Part shown: piece after piece, positions 36,411-47,215 of the stretch
How the letters are laid out: every line of letters starts with the position of its first letter
Position numbering within the stretch: position 1 is the first letter of the stretch
Assembly (NCBI RefSeq): GCF_963921235.1
Contig: NC_086097.1
Coordinates: forward strand, 44,022,001 to 44,086,000
Reading direction: 5' to 3'
Source: Mobula hypostoma
Taxonomy: Eukaryota
Length of the DNA: 64,000 nucleotides
The notes under the pieces: generated by a model
The model's input: only the letters and a program-made list of their open reading frames with translations
What the model was told of the DNA's origin: nothing
Database searches by the model: none
Position numbers and translations under genes: made by a program

Positions 36411-37856
36411 TAAACCCCTTGCATCTCTGGCAGTGAGGCTGGTCCACTTCTTGATGTTGTCGATCCAGGTTGTCCTCTGTCTGCCTCTGGAGTGGCTTCC
36501 TTCTGCTCTGCCTTCAAGCACAGTGCGTTCCAATGTGTCATCAGTTCTTGAGATGTGTCCAGATTAGCAAAGTTTCCTTTGGATAACGGTTTCCAGAAGT
36601 ACTGGTTTCGTGCCAGTCTTTTCTAGGATGAAATTGTTGGATCTCCTTTCAATGTATGATACACTGAGGATCCGTCTGTACGTCCACATCGGAAATGCTG
36701 TCAACTTCTTTTCATCAGCTGCTTTGAGGGTTGATGTTTCACAGCCATATAGGGTTACTGGCCAGACAAGACTCTTGAGGAGGCGTATCTTGGTGTCAGT
36801 GCTGATAGATCTATCTTTCCAGATGTTCCAGAGTTTGGTAGTGCTTGTGCGTGCCATTGTTAGCCTTCGCCTTATTTCCTTGCTGCATTCGTTTGTCTCA
36901 TTTAATTCTGCACCAAGGTGTATAAAGGAGGACACTTGTTCAATCTTGTTGTTTCCAATGTAGATATCAGCTTGAATTGTAGTTTTGCTTATCACCATTA
37001 CTTTGGTCTTTTTGCCATTTATCAGCAATCCAAATTCAGCAGAGACTTTTGCAACATTATTGAGTAGTGCTTGTAGGTCTTCTTCAGTTGTGGCTAGCAG
37101 GGCTGTGTCATCTGCGTATCTCAAGTTACCGATGGTTCTTCCTCCTATCTTAATGCCAGTGTTGACTGGAATTGCCAGTCTCATGATCATCTCAGTGTAG
37201 AAACATGTTAAAAAGGTGTGGAGAAAGGATGCAGCCTTGGCGGACTCCTTTCCCATTGCAGAATGCTTCAGTCTCACCAGATGTGGTCCGAAGGCTGGAG
37301 GATTGCGTAGCATACAGTGTTTCCAGAAAAGCCACTAGGTGTGGTGCCACGCCCAGTTGAATCATTGTCGTCCACAGTTTGGTGTATTAGATACAGTCAA
37401 ACGCCTTTGAGTAGCCTATGCAGCAGATGTACGGCGGGTATTGACCTCTCCCATTTTGTTGAAGAGCTGGTCCCTGGTACCTCAGCCACTCCTGAAGCCA
37501 GCTTGTTCAAGTGCAGTTTCTCTATCTAAGTAGTTCTTTAGTCTCTCAGAGATGATTATGAGTAGAACCTTGTTGGCGTGTGATATCAATGCAATTGTTC
37601 TGTAGTTACTGCACTGCAGGAGGTCCCCTTTCTTGGGAATTGGAAGGTAGACAGATCCGCACCAACCAGTCTGTTGGCTATTTGCCAGTCTTCCAGATGG
37701 CGCAGACAATGCGGTGCAAGATGTGAGCCATTGAGGTGCCTGTTGCTTTTAGTAGTTCTGCTGGTATGTTGTCTGGACCAGGTGCTTTATCCTTTTTAAT
37801 CTTCTCGATTGTTCTTTCTACTTCTGACAGTAGTGGCTCTGGTTCATGTTCGAGTG

Positions 37857-38736
37857 TTCACACAAAGTATTCTGCAAGTGCTGGGGTCAAAGCAACACTC
37901 ACAACACGCTGGAGGAACTCAGCAGGTCGGGCAGCATCCGTGGGAATGATCACTTAACGTTTTGGGCCGGAACCCTTCGTCAGGACAAAGAGGGAAGGGG
38001 CAGAGGCCCTATAAAGAAGGTGGGGGGAGGGTGGAAAGGAGAAGGCTGGTGGGTTCCAGGTGAAAAACCAGTAAGGGGAAAGATAAAGGGGTGGAGGAGG
38101 GGAAGCAGGGAGGTGATAGGCAGGAAAGGTGAAGAAAGAATAGGGGAAAACACAATGGGTAGTAGAAGGAGGCGGAACCATGAGGGAGGTGATAGGCAGC
38201 TGGGGGTGGGGGCAGAGTGAAATAGGGATAAGGGAAGGGAGGGGGAGGGAATTACCGGAAGTTGGAGAATTCTATGTTCATATCAAGGGGCTGGAGACTA
38301 CCTAGATCATATATGAGGTGTTGCTCCTCCAACTTGAGTTTAGCCTCATCATGGAAGTAGAGTAGGCCATGTATGGACATATCTGAATGGTAATGTGAGG
38401 CAGAGTTGAAGTGGGTGGCAACCGGGAGATCCTGTCTATTGTGGCCGATGGACCAGAGGTGCTCGACGAAGCGATCCCCCAGTCTGCGTCTGGTTTAATC
38501 GATGTAGAGGAGGCCGCACCGGGAGCACCGGATGCAATAGAAGACCCCAACAGACTCACAGGTGAAGTGTTGCCTCACCTGGAAGGACTGTTTGGGGCCC
38601 TGAATGGTGGCAAGAGAGGAGGTGTAGGGACAGGTGTAGCATTTACACTTACAGGGATAAGTGCCAGGTGGGAGATCCGTGGGGAGGGACGTGCGAATCA
38701 GGGAGTCGCGGAGGGATCAATCCCTGCGGAAAGTGA
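37857..38736 (-). mobile_element. Penelope-like element 3' part with GIY-YIG endonuclease
   Basis: Minus translation HFTCESVGVFYCIRCSRCGLLYID*TRRRLGDRFVEH..KLEEQHLI; TSD-like CATGTTC(G/T)AGTG at 37845-37856 and 38737-38748. Confidence 0.92.
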
Positions 38737-39441
38737 CATGTTCTAGTGCTGTCCAGTCAATGGCTTTGTCACGGTTTTTGTAGAAAATTGTGATTTTCGT
38801 AGAGTTTCTTGGTGTACTCGAGCCACCTTTCCCTCACATCTGCATCTTCTGTCAGAATTTTTCCTTCGTCATTTCTGATTGCACCAATTCTTGGTGTAAA
38901 GGTGCCGGTAAGTTCTTTTACTGTGGCATAAGCTATCCTGCTGTTGCCTTTGTTGGCCTCATTTTCCATGTTGGAGCAGATGCGTTGTAGGTATGCCTCT
39001 TTGTCAGTATCGTTGTACCTCACGCTTCAGCTCCTTGTATTCCTTACTCAATTTTCCTTTCTGACATTTCACCAAGCTCTTCTTTTCTACTGCATACAGT
39101 GTTTCATTTGTGATCCATTCTGTGCCTTTGTGCTTGCGTCACCTTGGAATGTGTTTCTCTGCTGCTGTTGTCAATGCATCTCTTGTTGCGTTCCAAAGTT
39201 CTTCTGGTTCGACTGTTTCTTGTAAGTTCAGCAGGGCTTCAAAACTGTTGCAAACCTCTATGCTGAAAGAGTTTGGTATGCCTGAGAGATCATATCTGAC
39301 TGGTGGTTTTGCTCATTTTATGTTCTTAACCCTGAGCTTCACCTTGGCCAACAGCAGTAGATGATCAGTATCACAGTCAGCTCCCGGATATGTCCTGCAT
39401 TTCAGAATATTTGATTTCCATCTTATGTTGGTGAGTATATA

Positions 39442-39788
39442 GTAGAACATAGAACATAGAATAGTACAGCACAGTACAGGCCCTTCGGCCCACAATGTTG
39501 TGCCGACCCTCAAACCCTGCCTCCCATATAACCCCCACCTTAAATTCCTCCATATACCTGTCTAGTAGTCTCTTAAACTTCACTAGTGTATCTGCCTCCA
39601 CCACTGACTCACGCAGTGCATTCCACGCACCAACCACTCTCTGAGTAAAAAACCTTCCTCCAATATCCCCCTTGAACTTCCCACCCCTTACCTTAAAGCC
39701 ATGTCCCCTTGTATTGAGCAGTGATGCCCTGGGGAAGAGGCGCTGGCTATCCACTCTATCTATTCCTTTTAATATCTTGTATTCTAAG
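39442..39788 (-). mobile_element. CR1 3' fragment inserted in the RTE endonuclease domain
   Basis: TRGHGFKVRGGKFKGD..FFTQRVVGAWNAL; (ATAGAAC)n tail; splits RTE QID|YIL. Confidence 0.92.
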
Positions 39789-40685
39789 AATCAATCTGGT
39801 TCCTGGTTAAATGATTAAAGAGACGGGGTAAGGGCCATAAGGGTGTACAGCACAGGAACAGGCCTTTTAGTCTGTTACATCCATTGAGGTGCAAAGGATT
39901 TTACATTGGCCAAGGTAGGTCAATAAGGATAGCAGGATAGTTAAATAAATCTTGATATAATCTTGGAATTGTGTGAAGGTGTTTTACAAAAATTAAAAGC
40001 TGTGAGGAGAATTGAAGATACTGGAATGGCAAGTTTGGAACAAGTTATGAATGAGGGTTTCGTCCACAGATAGATTGAAGAATTGGTAAAGGTAGTGATA
40101 TAAAGAGTATGGAAGTTGACAAGCATTGTGATGGAGAAGATGAGAGTGAATAGCTCAGCTCAGGATTCAATTGATTGTCAAGATCTACCAAAATTATAAT
40201 TGTCCAATACAGTTTGAGAAAACTGAAAATTTCCTTGCTGTTGCTTTTCCACACATGGTTAAAAGGGAAATAACTATGACCATAAGACCATAAGACATAG
40301 GAGCAGATTTAGACTGGAGTCTGTTCCCCCCTTCTATCATGGCTGATCCCGGATCACTCTATACTTTAATTGAATAAATTTAGATTATGCATATTTGCAT
40401 TAACATTTTTTTTGACACTGAATTTGTCAATGCTTTTCTTGAGGTATTTTTGACCAGGAATAATGAATATTATTTTCATCGATTCTGAAGATGTATAATC
40501 CGAACTGTTTTCATTTTGGGAACTGGTACCTCTTTCAACCTTCCAAATGAGATGTGAAAAAAAGGATCTCTCATTAGTCGGATGCCAGGAACAACGTGTC
40601 CTTGTTAGCAACATAGATCTTGTTAAATAAGTTACTAATAAGAAAAATACTAATTGTGTATTTTATAAAATCCATTCCCAGCTCA

Positions 40686-43142
40686 CAGGGGCGGCGCTAA
40701 GGTGGTGCTAAGTGGGGCTACAGCCCCAGCAGAAATTGCATTAGTCCCACCATAGCACCACCAAGAAATTAACCACAGCTGCTTTGTTTTCTCTGTATAG
40801 TTTTGAACACAGCTTGTTTCTCCAGTTGATCTAGTGAAACAGCGCCCCCAATTACCATAGCACCCACGCAGCAATAACGTTATAAACTCTGTCAGATCCA
40901 CTCTACACTTCTGCTTATTTGTTCGTTGTCAATGTCTTGCTGTTGCTGTCCTCAGATCAGTTAAGCTGATCTAAGATCACTTAAGGTGGTGATGTCACTC
41001 ACGTGAGAGATTGATGGTATACATCCAGGCGCAGATCCATGGTCTCGCGAGACTAACGGATGCCACACACACACACATTGTGCTTTTACAAGCGAGTGTC
41101 GACCTGCCACGTGCATTATTTTGGTGGGCGTGAAAAATGGATCGATTTTTAGTCAGAAAACGACCTCATCCAGAGGAATCAGTAGTGTCTCAGCCTGAGC
41201 TTGTCTTAATTGAAAGTGACATGCAGAAAGAAGTAAGTGGGGATGAGGACGACAGCAGTTCATCAAAGGAGAGTGAGGGCAAAGTAGAAGAGCAAGAAAT
41301 GGAGCAGGATTCGGAAGAGAACATGGATGGAGCTGCTCTCAGTGCGAGTGGGAATACTACTAGTGATGTTAGCCAGCAGCCTGAGGAAGGGCCCCATTGG
41401 CCAGCATTGAAAAAGTACCCTTCACTGCTTGCAACAGTTTGGCAATCAGCAGAGGAGTTTTATTTGTGGCTGGTTTGACCTGTACTCGTGGCTGGAATAT
41501 TCAATCATGAAAGATACTACGTTCTGCTTCGCATGCAGGCATTTCCTGTGTGGAGGACATGGGTTCCATTCTGAGTCTACCTTCACTGTCACCGGTTACC
41601 ACAACTGGCGGAAAGCTACAACAGCTTTCAAAACCCACCATGTACGTGCAGCTCATAAGTTTGCAAAGGAGGCATGGGCCAAATTCAGATTGAGAAAACA
41701 AGATGGTTCAAGATTGGGAAATATGCTTGATAAAGGACATGCAAAGATTGTCCAAGGAAATCGTGAGTATATGAGAGCAGTGGTTGAGTCTCTACGCTAT
41801 ACTGTGTGCCAAGACATTGTCCAGCGAGGACACCGGGAGAATGATGGATCTGGCAATAGGGGAAACTTTGTTGAGCTGATCAGTGTAATTGGGGAGTTTG
41901 ATAAGACTATGGCTAAAAAAATAGAGGACAATCCTGGAAATGCTAAAAACACCCTTCATATCCAAAATGAAGTTATGAGTATTATGGCAGATACGGTCAG
42001 ACGTCAAATAAGTGCAGAAATCAAGGATGCCGGACATTTTGCCGTCATGGTGGATGAAAGTAAAGACTTGAGTAAAAAGGAGCAAATATCAGTGGTGGTG
42101 CAGTATTTGAATAGCGAAACAGTGCTTGAAGAATTCTTGCACTTCACTCCAGCAGAAGGGTTGGACGCAGAGTCGCTTCTTAAAAGCATTGAACAGACAC
42201 TCGCCCAGTGTGTTATTGATAAGAACGCGTGTATGGGTCAGTGTGGGTCCTCATGCGAACGGAGTTTCTCTTGCCTCAGACGTGTCAAAAACTACTTAAG
42301 GAATAGCAGCGGCAATGCTCGGAACAGCAATTTGGCCCTGTTGGCCATAAACAGCCAAAGGACCAGGCACTTGACATCCAGAAAATCATTGATTCTTTCG
42401 CCACCAATCACAACAACAGACGGATTGTGCTTCTCTGAAAACATTAATAGTGAGTGCAATTGATTTTTTAAAAATTTGGGCCAAGACTAATGCTGATTAT
42501 TGTTATTATTATTTTGTGCTGAATACTCCATAGTCCTTATGTTTCCTGAAAATCCTAAAATACTACATTTACTGCTACTAAGCCTACTGGTTTTGCTTAG
42601 ACTTCCAAGCAGTGATTCTGTTGAGTTTTGTTTTAAATTCAATTAATTGAGGTATTGCATGGTCAGAGTACGATTTATCCAACTCCTGGTTAAGTCTTGC
42701 ATCTGTTGTTTGCCTTATTTGACTTAAATAACGGTGTATCTTTTGGCATTGCTGTCTCTGTAATGCGAATAGCAGTGGGTTCGTTTTGTGTTTTTCAGTT
42801 GAAAAGCACGCATTTGACGCTGATTGCGGGATTGGTGCGTGATTCACGTTGTGCGCTGTTGCTCAGATCTCTGTTTGGTTTGTTTGTTTATGCTCCGTGT
42901 AGCCCGGGTTGTCTCCAATGCTGTTGACACTGTCACAGTTCACTTCTATATTAGATCTATCAATTGCTGTTGCTTGTGAATCAACAGAGTAGTAGGCACA
43001 TAATGCTTGAAACTGACTTTTTAACGCCTGGCGTCTGGCCTTGCGAATTCATATTACCATACAGTGCATCCCTCAGCACCATCACTGAATCATTTTTCCC
43101 CTCTGTAGCACCAGCAAGAAAAAATCTCTGGCACCGCCACTG
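40686..43142 (+). mobile_element. hAT DNA transposon (Tip100/Zaphod-like), internally deleted
   Basis: TIR CAGGGGCGGCGC / GCACCGCCACTG; TSD CCAGCTCA (40678-40685) / CCAGTTCA (43143-43150). Confidence 0.93.
41137..42463 (+). pseudogene. hAT transposase pseudogene (TTF-type Zn finger / DUF4371-like, ZMYM1-like class)
   Basis: WLEYS..FCFACRHF, RGHRE..GNFVEL, IQNE, FAVMVDESKDLSKKEQ, then direct jump GQC|GSSCERSFSCLRRVKNYLR; frameshift near 41430. Confidence 0.9.
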
Positions 43143-43525
43143 CCAGTTCACAAGACATGATGATGCACTTCATTGTAAACAAGTGACTATTATGCTCAAA
43201 TATGTTATTTGAACAACAAGGGTAAATTTTTAGAGAGAGATAAGGAACTGAACAAAGATGTTTTCCACTTTATTTCAGATCCAGCCTTGAATACTTCATG
43301 CCACTGAGGATGTTTAATTTCACTACTAATATTTTTTAAGATAAGTTCTCCAAAATTTTAAATAAATATGTTAGAGTACACTCAAAGAAGTTGATCTTCA
43401 TGTACTTGAAGGGGCAATGTCATGAGTTTCAAAGCATTCCCAGCACAATTATTTATGAATTGATTTTCACCAGTGTTTTGTGTTCAATGTCACATAATGT
43501 CAAAAATTGCACTCAATTCAAGAAT

Positions 43526-44100
43526 TGTAACCCTCGGTATGGCTAGCGGCTTAGTCTAGGATGATAGCCCTCGGCCCAGCCAAACTTAAGAAATTTTGTT
43601 TGGGTGGATGCTGCGCGATGAGTCCCCTGTTACAAATCAGTACCACGAAATAACAAACAGTACACAATATATGATTAAACGATTGAGCTTTATAATTCTT
43701 AATTCGACTATATGGTTAGTAAAGAAACAAAAAAAAGAAAAGGGCCCATTCTCATGAAACAGTCTAATGTGCAACGTTGGAGCTCACGGTTTGTCCGCTT
43801 GTTCCCGACAACCTCCTCTGAGCGTAGCTGACCCTCGCTCCTCAGTCTGCTCCGTCCGGCGGTCTACCAACTCTCTCCACTCGCGTTCTCTCTCTTCATC
43901 GCTCCCTGACAAAAAACCGCAAAATCCCTGCTCCCAGATACACAAGAAAGAACAACATCCCCCTCATTGGCTAACATACCCCATTATCTCTAGTCATAAC
44001 CCAAACATTGCTGCTACAGAGAAACCATTACCTTAGCCTTAACAGTGAAACATTACAGAGAGGCCATTACATTAGCAGTGAAACCTTACAGCATGTTACA
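43526..44100. mobile_element. Solo LTR (probably Gypsy/Ty3-type)
   Basis: Termini TGTAAC...GTTACA; perfect 4-bp TSD GAAT (43522-43525, 44101-44104); 575 bp; non-coding. Confidence 0.88.
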
Positions 44101-44719
44101 GAATAATTAAATCAAAAGCAGTATTAAATATCCAAATAAAAATTGAATTGAAGTTTGTTTTCTCACGTTCTCTAGAAAGAGGCCAATTTTAAGCTTTGCT
44201 ACAATTGAAGGTGGAACACTGATCAGCAAAACAGATACTTAAAACTTTTCTCTATGACTTCAGACTAACCTGTATTGCATTTGATTCTCTATTGGAGAAC
44301 AACAATTCTTACTTTAAACGGGTTTAAGCCTTAAAGATGGAATGATGTTGTATGACTACAGGAGATGTATACGAACTGCTGGCAGTAGGTCTAGAAGTTC
44401 GCTTCCATCATAAAAGCAATACTGCCGTGACTACTCTCAGAACTATTTCTCTACAGTCCAAGAAGGAAAATAGAATCCATGCTCCCATGCTAGTTCAACA
44501 AGTGAAAGACTTTCTGACAATATATCCTGGAGCTAGATTTCATTGTTGATTCAGCTGTATAGATGGAGGTAGCTAGGTTAACAATGGATTAGCCACCCCA
44601 TATGATGTAAAAAAAGAGAAATGTTTGTTTGGTTGCCTTGTGAAATTGAAGCTGCAGATATATTCCCAAGAAAACATGCTCTGCCAATGATTAGCTCCTC
44701 TTGCTACCTTAATTCCAAC

Positions 44720-46312
44720 TTCACTCTTTGGCTTGGTAGAAGGAATCAAAGGGTAGTAGTGGAGGGTTGTTTTTCAGATTGGAGATCTGTGACCAATGAT
44801 ATGCCTCAGGTATTAGCGCAAAGTCCCCTGCTGTCTGTCACATGGGTTAATGATTTGAATATGAGTTATAGCTGGCATGATTAGTTTGTGAATAACAGAA
44901 AAATTAGTAGCATGATGGACAGCAAGCTCTAACAGGATCTAGATTAGCTGGCACATGGAATTCAACTTGGACGAGTCTGAAGTGATGCATTAAACCAAGC
45001 TGGGATGGAGGGACCGAGGGATACAAGTATATAGTTCCATGAAAGTGGTGACGTAGGTAGACAAAGTGATGAAAGTGTCATTTGGCATGCTTGTCTTCAT
45101 TAGAAAGGGAATTGAGTAAAGAGTCAGGATATTCTTCTACAGCTGTATAGGACATTAGTGAGATTGCAGCTGGAATACTGTTGGAAGTTCTGGGTGTCAT
45201 GCTATAAGAAAGATGTGATTAAGCTAAAGAGGATGCAAAGGTCATTTGCAATGACGTTGCTAGAACTGAAGTTATGTGGAAAGACTGGATAGAGTTGGAC
45301 TGCTTTAGATTATGAAGACACGCAGTCCTCTTTTATTGTCATTTAGTAATGCATGCATTAAGAAATGATACAATATTTCCTCTGGCGTGATATCACCAAA
45401 CACAGGACAGACCAAGACTGAAAAAAACTAACAAAACCACATAATTATAACATATAGTTACAACAGTGCAACAATACCATAACTTGATGAAGAAGTCCAT
45501 GAGCACAGTAAAAGTTCAAAGTCTCTCAAATGTCCCACATCTCACGGAGTCGGGAGAAGGAAGGAAAACTCTCCCTGCCATACCTGACCACTGTCCGACT
45601 CCGAGTCATCCGAAAACTTCAAGCTCCGATCAGCTCTCCGACACCGAGTACTGAGCGCCATTTCTATCCGAACGATTCGACCTCCATCTGGGTCGCCAAC
45701 AGCAGGCAAAGCCAGGGATTTTGAGGCCTTCCCTCTGAAAGATTCCCGACTGCGCAGTAATGACAGCAGCGAATGAGCATTTCAGAAATATTTCCAGATG
45801 TTCCCCTGTGCTTTCACGTCCATCTCCATCAAATCAGAATTGTCCACGGCCTCTATTTAACGGATACAATATCATTTTTCACCGGAGGGCTGCACACGCG
45901 CAACGCGCTGCTTCTCTCTCCTCCCGCCGTCCTTCACCTGAAATGCAAGAGGTTGAGGGGCAACATTGTGAGATGTATAGCTTAGGTGGATGGTCACAAT
46001 CTTTCTCCCAAGGCAGTACTTCTTAAATTCAAGGGCATAGTTTTGAGGTGAGACGAGAAAGATTGAAATGGAAACTGAGGTGTAAGAATTCCACACTGAG
46101 GGTGGTGTGTATATAGATTGTGTTACTGGTGGAGGTGGTAGAGGCAGGAACAATTACAATGTTTAAACTCATTTCAAGTTTCATGGATAGGAATGGTTTA
46201 GGGTGATATGGGCCAAATGCAGCTAAATGGAATTAGCTTAGATTGGTAACTGGGCTGGCATGGACAAGTTGCATAAGGGTTTTTTATTGGTGCTGTATGA
46301 GTTGATGACTCT
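44720..46312 (+). mobile_element. Old CR1 fragment split at about 45304-45930
   Basis: WLGRRNQRVVVEGCFSDWRSVT; degenerate CR1 3'UTR ending TGCTGTATGAGTTGATGACTCT. Confidence 0.8.
45304..45930 (-). mobile_element. Non-autonomous retroposon with CpG-rich head and Rex1-like 3' end
   Basis: Inserted in CR1; minus strand ends ..AAATGACAATAAAAG..; no coding motifs. Confidence 0.65.
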
Positions 46313-46499
46313 TTTTACCAAAATTATTGCTGAGTTATTTTCTTACATGATATTTAGTACCCCAGCCTCACACATCCAATTCTAGACCTCCAGCAGTTTA
46401 CTTTTTCTATAATTACTCATTTATGGGATGTGGATTTTGCTAGCAAGGCTGGTGTTTATTGTCCTTCCCTATTTATCGAAGAGAAGATGTTCGAAGAGT

Positions 46500-47215
46500 G
46501 TGGTGCAATTCTGAGAGGAATTTGTATGTTCTCCCATGTAGGTTTCCTCTGGGAACTCTAGTTTCAAGGTTCAAAGATTCAAAGTACATTTATTATCAAA
46601 GAATGTATAAATTATACAACCTTGAGATTTGTGTGCTTACAGGCAGCCACAAAGCAAGAAACCCTAAAGAATCTAATTAAAGAAAAAAAAATAAAAAGAC
46701 CAACACCTGATGTGCAAGAGAAAGAAAAAAATGCAAATCATGCAAACATTCTGAACTAAATTGAGTCCTCAGATCCAAACCCTGCAGCAGCCTGGAGTAG
46801 GCCCAGAGTCTCGCATGTCAGTTCTGCATATTAGTGAGCACAGAGCACAGCAGTCAGGGCAGTCTTCATAGCCTTAGTGCCATGGGGAGAGAAGTGAGCA
46901 TTGAGGAGGGCAAGCAAAACTGGCCCTTGCCTTGGATCCCGACACCCTGTCTTTTAAGTCTATCTGAGCCGGCATTTAAATTGACCAAACAATGAAAAGG
47001 CGAAAGGCACCGGCTCGGCTCCCACATTCCAGACACGTGTGGTAAGGATTAGGGTTGGTGCTTGCAGGCATGCTATGTTGGCACTGGAAGCGTGGCAACT
47101 CTGGTGGGCTGCCCCCAGCACAATCGACAGACTCTGTTGGTCATTGGTGCAAAACGACACATTTAGCTGAACATTTCGATGCACACATTACAAATAAAGC
47201 TAATCTTTGTCTTTA
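46500..47215 (+). mobile_element. V-domain SINE (46500-46565 + 47019-47215) split by insertion
   Basis: TTTGTATGTTCTCCC..GGTTTCCTCTGGG..GTTTC|CTCCCACATTCCA V-domain contiguity; tail ACAAATAAAGCTAATCTTT. Confidence 0.75.
46566..47018 (-). mobile_element. Non-autonomous retroposon (family shared with 4410-4716)
   Basis: Minus-strand end TGATAATAAATGTACTTTGAATCTTTGAAC; precise interruption of the SINE. Confidence 0.7.

Larger units (their letters stand above)
36411..39818 (-). mobile_element. RTE-clade LINE, 5'-truncated, with nested Penelope and CR1
   Basis: RNQID and TYPGADCDTDH (endonuclease), NYRTIALISHANK, QAGFR, GVRQGCILSP, LRYADDTALLA, LYGCET, RGRQRTTWID. Confidence 0.93.

Noticed and set aside
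38411..38746. 111-aa Gly-rich plus-strand ORF
   Set aside because: Antisense to the Penelope endonuclease.
41137..42463. Host ZMYM1-like zinc-finger gene
   Set aside because: Enclosed by TIRs and an 8-bp TSD, frameshifted and internally deleted; it is a transposon copy.
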